DNA of 55,870 nt. It comes from Opitutia bacterium. GTDB taxonomy: Bacteria; Verrucomicrobiota; Verrucomicrobiia; Opitutales; UBA953. Positions 10,159 to 20,124 of this stretch are shown piece after piece. The DNA is taken from the NCBI GenBank assembly GCA_021204635.1, contig JAJPZB010000031.1, positions 1-55,870 on the forward strand. Reading direction: 5' to 3'. Position 1 is the stretch's first letter; every line of letters begins with the position of its first letter. Position numbers and translations under genes: made by a program. Under the pieces are notes generated by a model. That model was not told the DNA's origin. It saw only the letters and a program-made list of their open reading frames with translations, and did no database searches.

Positions 10159-13068
10159 ATGGAAAAACGGAAAAACGGATTCTCTCTGATTTGCGCATTG
10201 CTGATTTTGTCAATGCTCATGGCGATGTCTCTTTCGCTCGTGGTCAACGTGTTCGCTCACAAAAACCTCACGGACCACATCGTAAAAAAGCATAAAGCCG
10301 ATTTCGCAGTTGTCGCCGCCGCAAGAATCGCACTCGGCGAGTTGCAACAAATTGCCGGCGTAGATTGCGTGATAACGGCAGACATTCCCGACAGAATTTA
10401 CAGGAATGGCGAATCTTACAGGACGGGCGCATGGAACGTAAAAAATCCGCCGGCAGGATTTCCCATGGTGCTCGAGCGCAACAAACCCGTGCCGCTCGTG
10501 TCAAATTTCGGCATTCCTGCAACTGACGGAAAAACGTTCGACATCGTTCACGGGACATTCGCGGGACGAGCACATCAGGTTCCGCGTTGCTATTTTTCTG
10601 ACACCATTCGAGCCGGATACGCTGTCGTAGATGAGTCCGTCAGATTCCCGACAAACTCCACATTGCCGAAGGCGTTCGAGAAATTGTTCGACGATGAAGA
10701 CGACGAGGAAAATTTTGCAGGAATAAAACAACGCCTCAGACCGCCTTGGAAATTTTCCCGCAAAAAATACTCTGACAACAATGATCTGGATTCTCGGCTC
10801 GGGCTTTATGCTCCGGCGTATTTTTTCTCGCGAATACCTGAAGACGATACGTCGCATGCTGCGTTCCCATCGCACGGCGTTCTCGCAGACTGGCAACGCA
10901 ACAAACTGAAATCGAATTTATCGTCAGAAGATTTTTACGATAAGATTTTTCCTGAAAATTTTCTGCACTCCGACGCAGGCTTTGAGAAAGAATTTCCCGA
11001 CGAAGGTGTTCTCATGCCGACCGAACCAGCGAAAGAATACGGCAAGCTGAAATTTTCGGAGCACCCTGCTCCAATTCTCGCGGACATAAAACTCCACATC
11101 GGATTCTTCAATGCGCGAAGCGATGGCCAGCACAGGGCGCGATTCCATATTTCCGCAGCGCTTTGGAATCCTTATTCGTTTCCGATTCTCGCAGGATCCG
11201 GCGGGAATATCGGCTTGATAAATTTCGCGCAAATGCCGCAAATCTCGATAACGAATTTAAACACGGAGGAAAAATTCACCTTCGACATGTCGAATTTTCC
11301 GACGGGACAATTTGGCATTGTCCGACAAACAAATTCCGATGCGACGTTTAACGTGAACGGGAAAATTTTCGACACATCGGAGCAAGGTTTCGGCTCTGCC
11401 GGGAATGCTGTCGCAGGACTGCATGCAGGAGAAATTTTTTGGGCACGCTTCCCGGATCCGATTGGGCAACCGCAGGGGCTCTCGCGGATAACCGGCGGGA
11501 CGACGTGGAAATATCAAAAAGGCTCAAATCCGAATAAACCGCCATATGGCGCTATCGGCGGAAGATGGTTTCACCCAATGCATAAAATTCAGATAAAATC
11601 TGCACCGACGTATTTGCCCAACTCCCTGCGATTCCAGTATTACAAAGGCTCATTCCCGCAAAATATCGACCCGCGGGAATATTCAAAAACGTTTTGGGAA
11701 TTGAAAAATTTCGAGTTGCCGAGTTTATCGTTCGTGCTATCCGGCGAGGAATACAATCGCGAAGATTCATCAAACTACACGATAGACGACGTTAATGTCG
11801 TTTACTGGATTCGGCTCAAAGTTGAAGACGAAGCGGCGATGAAGGCATTTTTCGAGGCTGTCGATTTGCGCGACAAAACTTTGGATTTCTCGCGACCTGA
11901 GGTAGAACACGCCTTTGATATATCACTCTATGTCGGCGGCAAAGCGAAACAGCTGAGCCAATTTACGGACAGGTATTCTTACCTCTTCGACACCGAGATG
12001 AACAAACATGCCTCGGAAAGCCAGCTACCATCGTTCTCGGCAATACCGATATTCGATACCCCCAATTCGCTCCCGATTTCCACGCTGGCATTATCGCAGC
12101 TGCACATGAATGGATTGCCGCAAAAGGTATTTGGAAGCGCCACAAAAATCGCGAAAGAGTCAAAAATAAACCAAATCGCCGATAGATACTTTTTCGCAGC
12201 TCCGGCAAAAGAAAATTCTTCGGTAGCCTGCGAAAATCCATTCTTGGAGCCTTTCCCTCTCACCACGGCAGACGAAAAATTTAAAAAGAATCTGCAAAAA
12301 ACCACAGCAGCGGCGAACGTGATGATTCGAGCTCCGTTTAACGTAAATTCGACGAACGCACGAGCATGGCAGGCGGTATTGAAATCGTCGTTCAACAACT
12401 GGGGACAACACTCTCGCCGCGCAAACAATCGATCTATGCCATGGGACAATTCTTATCGCTACGACGAATTGAAAAACGTCTTTTTCACTCGGCCGTTTAG
12501 CGCGCAATCATTCTCTGCAAGCATCCACCACCAACCGCTGACGGACGAACAACTCGAGAAATTGGACAAGCGTTCTCGCGAACAATTTTTGCTGACACAG
12601 GGGCTTAGAAGCCTTCCTGACAAAAAGATAGAGATCTTGGCAAAAAATCTCGCGGATAAAATTAAGGAGCGGTTGAGAGAGGAAGAGCCGTTCTACTCCT
12701 TGGCAGATTTCATTGATTCGGGAGTTCTCGACTACGCAATAAAAAAGAGCCAAATCAACGAAATTGGAGAAGACGAAATTCCGGAGTGGTTCCCAAATTA
12801 TCTCACGCAGGCGCATATCCTCCACAACCTGCTCCCTTCGCTAACACCAAGAGGAGACACGTTTACAATTACGGTGAAAGCGGAAAACATCAATCCCGTG
12901 ACGGGGAAAGCCAATGCCGTAACGATGGCGGAAATCCGCGTACAACGCGTCCCGGAATTTTTCGATTCGCGACAGGTGCCGGAAACGAGTTTCGACGACT
13001 GCAATGGCGTAAACCGCCACTTTGGGCGTCGATTTAAGATTGTGAGTTTCAGTTATATACCAAACTAA
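10159..13068 (+). CDS. Large Verrucomicrobia-type PilX-like protein with prepilin-like N-terminus
   Basis: KNG/FSLICALLILS class III signal-like motif, ALGELQ, APFNVNST..AW.A.L, C-terminal RGDTFTI..VQRVPEF..FGRRFKIVSF. Confidence 0.65.
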   Translation: MEKRKNGFSLICALLILSMLMAMSLSLVVNVFAHKNLTDHIVKKHKADFAVVAAARIALGELQQIAGVDCVITADIPDRIYRNGESYRTGAWNVKNPPAGFPMVLERNKPVPLVSNFGIPATDGKTFDIVHGTFAGRAHQVPRCYFSDTIRAGYAVVDESVRFPTNSTLPKAFEKLFDDEDDEENFAGIKQRLRPPWKFSRKKYSDNNDLDSRLGLYAPAYFFSRIPEDDTSHAAFPSHGVLADWQRNKLKSNLSSEDFYDKIFPENFLHSDAGFEKEFPDEGVLMPTEPAKEYGKLKFSEHPAPILADIKLHIGFFNARSDGQHRARFHISAALWNPYSFPILAGSGGNIGLINFAQMPQISITNLNTEEKFTFDMSNFPTGQFGIVRQTNSDATFNVNGKIFDTSEQGFGSAGNAVAGLHAGEIFWARFPDPIGQPQGLSRITGGTTWKYQKGSNPNKPPYGAIGGRWFHPMHKIQIKSAPTYLPNSLRFQYYKGSFPQNIDPREYSKTFWELKNFELPSLSFVLSGEEYNREDSSNYTIDDVNVVYWIRLKVEDEAAMKAFFEAVDLRDKTLDFSRPEVEHAFDISLYVGGKAKQLSQFTDRYSYLFDTEMNKHASESQLPSFSAIPIFDTPNSLPISTLALSQLHMNGLPQKVFGSATKIAKESKINQIADRYFFAAPAKENSSVACENPFLEPFPLTTADEKFKKNLQKTTAAANVMIRAPFNVNSTNARAWQAVLKSSFNNWGQHSRRANNRSMPWDNSYRYDELKNVFFTRPFSAQSFSASIHHQPLTDEQLEKLDKRSREQFLLTQGLRSLPDKKIEILAKNLADKIKERLREEEPFYSLADFIDSGVLDYAIKKSQINEIGEDEIPEWFPNYLTQAHILHNLLPSLTPRGDTFTITVKAENINPVTGKANAVTMAEIRVQRVPEFFDSRQVPETSFDDCNGVNRHFGRRFKIVSFSYIPN

Positions 13069-13084
13069 AAAACGTAATTAAAAT

Positions 13085-13846
13085 TTAATTACGTTTTCTC
13101 GCATAAAAAAGAAATTCTTTATTTCCGTCTCCACCCTTGATCGGAGATTCGCAAGTTCCACAAAGTTCAAAACCGGCAAGTTCACGAGAGCAAAAATCCA
13201 AAATTTCGTTTACTACGCGTTTGTGGACTTCCGGATCTTTTATGATCCCCCTGCCCTTTGAAGCCTCTTCCCGAGTCGCCTCAAATTGAGGTTTTATCAG
13301 CATGATCAAAGCACCGCCGCACGCGACCCTGTGCCACGCTGCCGGAAGAATTTTTTTCAGCGAAATAAACGACAAATCTCCGACAACAAGGTCATAAACT
13401 TTCTGCGGAAGTTCTACGTCGTCGAGGTCGCGCGCATTGATCTTTTCAAAATTACGAACACGCGAATCGTTCAGCAATTTACTGTGCAATTGCCCGTGCC
13501 CGACATCAACGCACGTGACAAAACTCGCGCCATTTTGCAAAAGGCAGTCTGTAAACCCACCTGTTGAGGCGCCAATATCCAACGCTGTTAACGAGGCAAC
13601 CGGAATTGAAAATGTTGAGATTGCGCTTGCGAGTTTTTCCCCTCCGCGCGAAACGAATCGAGGCGGAGTTTCCACCGAGAGTTCTGTATAGGACGAAAAC
13701 ATCTGCGAAGGTTTCTGAACCAAAGCATCAGGTCCGGAACGCACCTTTCCCGCCATGATCAAAATTTTTGCCTGCGAGCGTGATTCTGCCTTCCCCTGTC
13801 GGAAAAGTAGTTCGTCTGCCCTGATTTTTTTAGATGTCGCCGGCAT
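13085..13846 (-). CDS. tlyA: TlyA family rRNA methyltransferase
   Basis: S4 domain (RADELL..SRSQA), VSRGGEKL, DIGASTGGFTDCLLQ, KPQFE, SPIKGGDGNKE. Start uncertain. Confidence 0.92.
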   Translation of the reverse strand: MPATSKKIRADELLFRQGKAESRSQAKILIMAGKVRSGPDALVQKPSQMFSSYTELSVETPPRFVSRGGEKLASAISTFSIPVASLTALDIGASTGGFTDCLLQNGASFVTCVDVGHGQLHSKLLNDSRVRNFEKINARDLDDVELPQKVYDLVVGDLSFISLKKILPAAWHRVACGGALIMLIKPQFEATREEASKGRGIIKDPEVHKRVVNEILDFCSRELAGFELCGTCESPIKGGDGNKEFLFYARKRN

Positions 13847-14408
13847 CACGCAAACCATGAGAAATCTCTGCATCTATGCTAACGCAAGAAATTGGGACTT
13901 CTCCCTTGTTGGAAATTGATAATTCGGAAAAATCTCCTCCACCTTCCGGAATCATAAAAAAAGACTTCACAAAGCAATCTTCTTCAAAAATTTGCATCCC
14001 GGCTGCGGAGACAGATTTTCCGTTTCCATCTTTCAATTCAAAAGACAAATGGGATAAAGATTCCGCTTCGATTTTACTCGAGAAATGAATAATGCAAGTC
14101 AAGCCATCTTTGCATGCGAGCTTTTTGGCAGGAAATGTGAAATTATTTTCACACTGCACGAGATCAAATTTGCCCGAAATAATTTTAAAGCGCTCGATAC
14201 TTGGTAGCATATCCCCTTTTGCCGATTCTCCATCGGAAAAAATCTTTGGGATGCGGAAACGTCCTGGATCAAGCGCCATCCACATTACCATGACAATTAT
14301 CAAGACCGTGAGAACCGAAAATATTTTCTTCGGAAGCTTAAAGCGGATATTTACGACAAGTGCGATGACCGCCACCGCCAAAACAGTCATGAAAAACCAA
14401 AATTCCAT
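13830..14408 (-). CDS. Hypothetical membrane protein
   Basis: Two N-terminal hydrophobic helices; tightly packed in the operon. Confidence 0.6.
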   Translation of the reverse strand: MEFWFFMTVLAVAVIALVVNIRFKLPKKIFSVLTVLIIVMVMWMALDPGRFRIPKIFSDGESAKGDMLPSIERFKIISGKFDLVQCENNFTFPAKKLACKDGLTCIIHFSSKIEAESLSHLSFELKDGNGKSVSAAGMQIFEEDCFVKSFFMIPEGGGDFSELSISNKGEVPISCVSIDAEISHGLRDAGDI

Positions 14409-14411
14409 AGA

Positions 14412-15422
14412 TTAATAATTGAAAATTATCCGCAAATAATTACGCAAATTTAGACCTGCTTGCAGTTCTTTATTAGACGTCCTGAGCAACATTCCACGTC
14501 TCTCGGCGAGATCGATAAATTTTTCAGAAGCATTTTTAATTCCGACTCCACTAACGGAGTAATCGCGCGGAATGAATCGAATAGGCATACCAAACCATGT
14601 AAAATTGACTTCCCAAGATTTTATCTCTTTCGGCACTTGACGATTTTCCCTAAGCGCCGGAGAGCGAAATAAAATATCCGGCACGCCACTATATGGGATT
14701 TCAACTGTGAACGCACACTCCTGAGCATTAATCCAAGACAACGCATTGATTGCCGGTTTTTTGGCGCGAGCCATGTCAAAAAATTTCAGAGGATCTGCAC
14801 CAACTAAATTAAGCCCGTTGTAATGCCCGTGTAGATTCCCCTCTTTATATTTAGAAGCATACCACGAATCGAAACCATCTCGCCCCAACATCATCCCAAT
14901 TTCAAAATGCAAATGTGCATTCGACAACGGGATTTTGTATGTATTCGAGGTGTTTCCAATCGTGCCTATTCTTTTTCCTGCAGAAATAAATTCGTGCTCT
15001 TTCAAATCACACGAAACCTCGGCGAGATGCGCATACAAAGAATAAAATTCTATGCCCGATGAATTGTGAACGATAACGACGTATTTTCCATACGATCCGT
15101 TATCAACAGGGCACACGTGAGCGACAATTCCATCTGCTACTGCAACAACAACGTCTTGCGGTATGCCATTCTCGTCGCGAGAAACAGATTTTAAATCTAT
15201 TCCTTCGTGAAAACGTGTCCCATTATCTCTGACCATTCCAAATAAGGCAGAATCTGGTCTCCCAGAAACAGTTGGTTGCAAATACTTCACCAAACCTACC
15301 CCGCCCGCAGTTAAATCGGCGGCCGTTGGGGAGGTCAAGTAATCACCCGCAAAAATAACATCTGCGGCAAACAAAAATGCCGCAGATGAAAATAACAATC
15401 TCTGACAAATAGCAAAAATCAA
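14412..15422 (-). CDS. M23 family metallopeptidase
   Basis: HEGIDL (HxxxD), YGKYVVIVH, YAHL, HLHFEI. Confidence 0.88.
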   Translation of the reverse strand: MIFAICQRLLFSSAAFLFAADVIFAGDYLTSPTAADLTAGGVGLVKYLQPTVSGRPDSALFGMVRDNGTRFHEGIDLKSVSRDENGIPQDVVVAVADGIVAHVCPVDNGSYGKYVVIVHNSSGIEFYSLYAHLAEVSCDLKEHEFISAGKRIGTIGNTSNTYKIPLSNAHLHFEIGMMLGRDGFDSWYASKYKEGNLHGHYNGLNLVGADPLKFFDMARAKKPAINALSWINAQECAFTVEIPYSGVPDILFRSPALRENRQVPKEIKSWEVNFTWFGMPIRFIPRDYSVSGVGIKNASEKFIDLAERRGMLLRTSNKELQAGLNLRNYLRIIFNY

Positions 15423-15970
15423 CGCCCGCGCTCCTTCATGTATTCACGCCGCTCTAAAATATATTCATTTAGCGTGAAGCGAAGTTCCGCGAGCTCGTCC
15501 GCCAATTCTTTGCCTTCTTTGTAGGAATCGATGACGAAAAACAAATCGTCCTCTCTGATTTGAGACCAAATACGGCAATACCCAATTGGATTTCCATCAA
15601 CAATGAGGAAGAAACGCTTTTGCCCTGCTCCCTCCGCCAAAGCCTCACCCGAAGCCTGATATATCTTCACGACTTTGTCCCTCTTTATCCGCATACGAAG
15701 CCCTGGTTGCGCATAAATCCCAAGCTGCGGATAATCCATCTGCTTTAATTCGACATTAGTAAATGCGTCTATATCTAAAATCGGCATGGTTATCACTTTC
15801 GCGGTTGAACCGGTGACAGGCATTACGATCGTCTGATGTGATCCGAACGCCCCAGATTTCGAGGAAGCCTCCAAATACACATCAATACCATGCTTCGGCA
15901 TTGGTTTAGAGCAAGAGAGGAACAAACAGCTGAAAATCAACCCTAATAGGAGTAATGCAACACGCTTCAT
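15419..15970 (-). CDS. Putative lipoprotein
   Basis: MKRVALLLLGLIFSCLFLS-C lipobox; 4-nt overlap with the next gene. Confidence 0.7.
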   Translation of the reverse strand: MKRVALLLLGLIFSCLFLSCSKPMPKHGIDVYLEASSKSGAFGSHQTIVMPVTGSTAKVITMPILDIDAFTNVELKQMDYPQLGIYAQPGLRMRIKRDKVVKIYQASGEALAEGAGQKRFFLIVDGNPIGYCRIWSQIREDDLFFVIDSYKEGKELADELAELRFTLNEYILERREYMKERGR

Positions 15971-15976
15971 TTGCCG

Positions 15977-16468
15977 TCATCCTAACAACAGCTCTAAATT
16001 GTTAGCAATGCGAGAAATCTCGTTCGGGGCAAAATCGCGAATGGGAATTAAAAACTCCTTCTTTGTTTTAATATGAACAAACCGCTGAAAGCCATTCACG
16101 GGTTTGCCAACAGCCCTGATTATTCTTTTTCTCTCCAAAATCAACGCTAACAATTGCTTCAATAGTTCTCCATCGTCAGTTTTTTCCGCATCAAATAATG
16201 AGATGAAAAATTCTTCCTGACTTGCGATTTTGTTCTGAGCTTCCCGCAATTTGTCCGGATTTTCGCAATACGCCCTGCTCCACGTACCTATGACGGCACT
16301 CTTGATCAGGAATTTTTTGGCGCAAGCTTCGTGCAAATCAGCACGTTCGAGTTCGCCATCAGTGCCGCCTCTTGACACAACGCACACGACCTTTTCCCCA
16401 TCTTTAAACGCATCTCCGCAAAGCGAGCATTTTTTTGCGATTTGCCTGAAACTCCAAACAATAGCCAT
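15977..16468 (-). CDS. Hypothetical protein with N-terminal CxxC motif
   Basis: CSLC..HEAC and LALILERKRIIR; operonic after mnmG. Confidence 0.7.
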   Translation of the reverse strand: MAIVWSFRQIAKKCSLCGDAFKDGEKVVCVVSRGGTDGELERADLHEACAKKFLIKSAVIGTWSRAYCENPDKLREAQNKIASQEEFFISLFDAEKTDDGELLKQLLALILERKRIIRAVGKPVNGFQRFVHIKTKKEFLIPIRDFAPNEISRIANNLELLLG

Positions 16469-16478
16469 TTTGTGGATG

Positions 16479-18362
16479 CTACTTTTGTCTAAGATGAACC
16501 ATCAACAACGAAACATCTGCCGGCGACACACCGCTTATTCTGCCGGCTTGGGCTAATGTCGCAGGTCTAATGGCAGCTAACTTTTGGCGAGCCTCGATTC
16601 TGAGACCAACTAACTTTGAGTAATCTATGTCGAGTGGGATCTCGAATTTTTCAAGCTCCTTCATTTTTTCTATAGATTTCAGCTCGCGAGAAAGGTATCC
16701 GGCATATCGAACCCTATATAAAACTTCATCTTTTACCTGTGGAGATAGTGCTTCAAATTCCGCAGGCATTTTATCCGGTAAGTTCACAAAATCCTTTCGC
16801 AAAAGATCGGCAGCCGTCTGACCGCCAAACATGATTTCTTCAAGTTTAATCCGCCATTTTTCAACGGCAGCAGACTTCTCCTTTATTCTGCAAAGACGGT
16901 CATCAGGCAAAAGCCCCATGTGCTCAATAGCCCCAACAAGCCTCAATTCCGAGCTTCCATGATTAAATAACAATCGATGCTCCGCTCGGCTCGTAAACAT
17001 TCGATATGGTTCCTGCGTACCTTTTGTAACGAGATCGTCAATTAGAACCCCAGCATAGCCACTATCTCTGCCAAGAACGAGTTGATCAATTCCAAGAACT
17101 TTTGCTGCCGCGTTTGCGCCGGCGACAAGCCCCTGAATAGCAGCTTCCTCATAACCGGACGTGCCATTTATTTGCCCGGCAAGAAACAAATTTTCTACAT
17201 TCTTCGTCTCCAACGTTGGTCTCAATTGCGTTGGCGGAACGTAGTCGTACTCTATGGCATAAGCTGGTCTGAGCATTACGGCATTTTCCAATGCTGGAAC
17301 GCTTTTAATCATCTCCAATTGGACATAAAATGGCAGGGAGGTAGAAAATCCATTTATGTACCACTCATTTGAAAAGATGCCTTCTGGTTCAAGAAACAAT
17401 CTGTGCAATTCTTTATCGGGAAATCGCTTGTACTTGTCTTCTATACTTGGGCAATATCGCGCGCCGACACCTGTTATTAATCCTGAATATAACGGCGATT
17501 CGCCGATATGAGCATTGACAATGTCCTTAGTCCGCAAGCTCGTATTTGCAAGCCAGCATGATCTCTTTTTTTCCGCCGGCTCCCACCCAAGACGTTCCTC
17601 GCCCCTATGTTCCACGTGGAACATTTCTTCGCCATCTCCCCGCGTATCGTAAAATCCGAAAAATACTGGATTCTCATCGCCTTTTTGTTCCTCGCACTTG
17701 GAAAAATCAATGCTGCTACCGAGGATTCTCGCCGGAGTTCCGGTTTTCAGCCTCTCGACTGACATTCCCGCCTCTCTAAAACTGTCAGACAACGTATATG
17801 AGTTAAAATCGCCAAGCCTCCCACCCGCATTAACATTCCCTCCAATAAACATTTTACCGTTTAGAAAGGTTCCGGTAGTGACAACAATAGTCTTAGCATA
17901 AAACGAAATGCCTATAGTAGTTTCTACTCCAATAACCTTTCCATTTTTGAAGATGAGCTTCGACGAAATTGCCTGAAAAAGGGCTAAATTTTCATACGCC
18001 TCACATGTCTGTTTCATTCTCGCAGAATAGACGAGTTTGTCACACTGCGCTCGCGGCGACTGAACTGCTGGACCTTTTGACGCATTTAATACTCTAAACT
18101 GAATGGCTGTGTGATCTGCACATACTCCCATCTCGCCTCCCATTGCATCTATTTCTCTGACAATATGCCCCTTTGCTTGCCCGCCTATTGCAGGGTTGCA
18201 ACTCATCTTCGCGATTGTATCAAGGTTTCCGGTAAGCAAAAGAACTCGCACACCCATGCGCGCGGCAGCAAGAGCCGACTCCACTCCGGCGTGTCCGGCT
18301 CCAATAACAAGCACGTCGTATGGATCGTCTTCATTAATGCTTATTCGCTTATCTACCACCAT
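16479..18362 (-). CDS. mnmG: tRNA uridine-5-carboxymethylaminomethyl synthesis enzyme MnmG (GidA)
   Basis: [55 protein letters not shown]. Confidence 0.98.
   Translation of the reverse strand: MVVDKRISINEDDPYDVLVIGAGHAGVESALAAARMGVRVLLLTGNLDTIAKMSCNPAIGGQAKGHIVREIDAMGGEMGVCADHTAIQFRVLNASKGPAVQSPRAQCDKLVYSARMKQTCEAYENLALFQAISSKLIFKNGKVIGVETTIGISFYAKTIVVTTGTFLNGKMFIGGNVNAGGRLGDFNSYTLSDSFREAGMSVERLKTGTPARILGSSIDFSKCEEQKGDENPVFFGFYDTRGDGEEMFHVEHRGEERLGWEPAEKKRSCWLANTSLRTKDIVNAHIGESPLYSGLITGVGARYCPSIEDKYKRFPDKELHRLFLEPEGIFSNEWYINGFSTSLPFYVQLEMIKSVPALENAVMLRPAYAIEYDYVPPTQLRPTLETKNVENLFLAGQINGTSGYEEAAIQGLVAGANAAAKVLGIDQLVLGRDSGYAGVLIDDLVTKGTQEPYRMFTSRAEHRLLFNHGSSELRLVGAIEHMGLLPDDRLCRIKEKSAAVEKWRIKLEEIMFGGQTAADLLRKDFVNLPDKMPAEFEALSPQVKDEVLYRVRYAGYLSRELKSIEKMKELEKFEIPLDIDYSKLVGLRIEARQKLAAIRPATLAQAGRISGVSPADVSLLMVHLRQK
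17608..17623. promoter_or_regulatory. parS site inside mnmG
   Basis: Perfect palindrome TGTTCCACGTGGAACA matching the canonical parS consensus. Confidence 0.9.
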
Positions 18363-18363
18363 T

Positions 18364-19728
18364 TTATTTCCCAATACAAAAATTTGAGAAAACTTTGTCC
18401 AAAACCTTTTCGTTATCAAAAGTTCCTACAATTTCAGACAGGTTTTCCATGGAATCTCTAAGCATTTCGGCGATAAATTCTAATGGAATCTGTGAAATTT
18501 TTTCTTTTGCTAACGTCAAAGATCTACATGCCCCCATTAACAATTCTGCCTGCCTCTCGCCTACAATTAGTAAATCTTTATCAGGAACTATTTTCTTATC
18601 TTCTATAAACTTAATTATCGCGCTCGCCACTATTTCACGTGATGAATCTGCTATTGCTGATATAGAAACTCGCTCAAATTTTTCTAAGAATCTACCCGTA
18701 TCCATCACTCTCGGTAAGTCGCTTTTATTTAATACCACTATGGTGTTCTCTGGTGATATTCGCCGCGTTATACTCAATGGAATCACCGGTTCTTTAGTCG
18801 ATGAATCAGCGACAAAAACTATGAGATCAGCAATATCGAGACATTCCATCGTTTTCCTTATACCAATTTTCTCAACGGTTGATTTAACATCCTCACGCAA
18901 ACCTGCCGTATCCAAAATCCTGATACGATAATTCCCGATATTAAAGTTTTCAGAAATAAAATCTCTGGTAGTTCCAGGTTCGTTACAAACAATGGATCGC
19001 TCTGAGCCAATAAGTCTGTTCATTAGTGATGATTTTCCAGCGTTTGGTGCTCCGAGTATCAAAACCGTTATCCCATCCCGTATAACATTTCCATATCTCG
19101 CTGAATTGGCTGTATTCGACAAGCAGGAATGCAATTTATCTATCTCGTTTTTAAAATGTGAAATGTCTGATTCGATGATTCCTTCATCAGAAAAATCTAT
19201 TTGCGCTTCTATTTCTGCCAACAAACCAAGCATTTTTGAACTCCATTCGGAAACCAATTTTCCAAGTTCTCCGGAAAGTAATTTATTAGCAGATGCAAGA
19301 GCTCTTTCAGAACTTGCAGAGATGACACTCATGACAGCCTCTGCTTGCGACAAATCGATTTTCCCATTTAAAAATGCGCGTCTTGTGAATTCACCAGGTG
19401 CAGCAGCCTCACAACCTCTATCATACAAATCAGAAATGATTTTGTTACATATCAGTGGATTCCCATGACATGAAATTTCGATAGAATCTTCTCCTGTGTA
19501 TGACGCCTTACCTTTAAAAAAAACGTATATGCATTCATCTATAATCGCTCCGGTCATGGAAACATATTTCCCAAAACGCGATAATCTCGGATGAGCTTCA
19601 AGTTTCGGAGCAAACGCTGCTTCGGCTATTTCTTTCGACAACGGACCGCTAACCCTAATGACAGCTATAGCAGACTCTCCATGCGGAGTAGCAAGTGCTA
19701 CGATTGTGCTTTTGTCACTCATATACAA
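18364..19728 (-). CDS. mnmE: tRNA modification GTPase MnmE
   Basis: [56 protein letters not shown]. Confidence 0.98.
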   Translation of the reverse strand: MYMSDKSTIVALATPHGESAIAVIRVSGPLSKEIAEAAFAPKLEAHPRLSRFGKYVSMTGAIIDECIYVFFKGKASYTGEDSIEISCHGNPLICNKIISDLYDRGCEAAAPGEFTRRAFLNGKIDLSQAEAVMSVISASSERALASANKLLSGELGKLVSEWSSKMLGLLAEIEAQIDFSDEGIIESDISHFKNEIDKLHSCLSNTANSARYGNVIRDGITVLILGAPNAGKSSLMNRLIGSERSIVCNEPGTTRDFISENFNIGNYRIRILDTAGLREDVKSTVEKIGIRKTMECLDIADLIVFVADSSTKEPVIPLSITRRISPENTIVVLNKSDLPRVMDTGRFLEKFERVSISAIADSSREIVASAIIKFIEDKKIVPDKDLLIVGERQAELLMGACRSLTLAKEKISQIPLEFIAEMLRDSMENLSEIVGTFDNEKVLDKVFSNFCIGK

Positions 19729-19827
19729 TATAACTAATCACAATCATAATTCAGGGGCAATCTGCGTAATTATTAAACTCTTGCAACTGATTAAGAAATC
19801 TGAGTGAATGCTACCTCCAGGACGATC

Positions 19828-20019
19828 ATGACAGATCAACAGCAACAGCATTCAAAAACACCGTTAGACTTCGACTTCACCGATGTGGAAGCCCTTTCTC
19901 GGTATGTGACTGAAACGGGGAAAATACTCCCGCGCCGCATAACGGGACTGACCGCGAAGCAACAGCGCCATGTCACGAAAGCGATAAAACGCGCCCGCAA
20001 CATGTTGCTAATGAAATAA
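19828..20019 (+). CDS. rpsR: 30S ribosomal protein S18 (Cys-free form)
   Basis: [29 protein letters not shown]; no cysteines. Confidence 0.95.
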   Translation: MTDQQQQHSKTPLDFDFTDVEALSRYVTETGKILPRRITGLTAKQQRHVTKAIKRARNMLLMK

Positions 20020-20039
20020 GCTAAGCGCGAAGTCTTTCC

Positions 20040-20070
20040 AAGAGCGTCACAATTGTGGCGCTCTTTTTTT
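20040..20070 (+). terminator. Intrinsic terminator of rpsR
   Basis: AAGAGCGTCAC-AATT-GTGGCGCTCTT followed by a T-tract. Confidence 0.8.
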
Positions 20071-20085
20071 GTTCCACGTGGAACA
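20070..20085. promoter_or_regulatory. parS site (intergenic rpsR/argS)
   Basis: Perfect palindrome TGTTCCACGTGGAACA, identical to the copy at 17608. Confidence 0.92.
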
Positions 20086-20124
20086 AAAACTTGCTGAACA
20101 ACTAAAAAGCAGAGTAGGGGAGAA

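Noticed and set aside
18631-18646. Third parS-like sequence TATTTCACGTGATGAA in mnmE
   Set aside because: Four mismatches to the consensus and a broken palindrome
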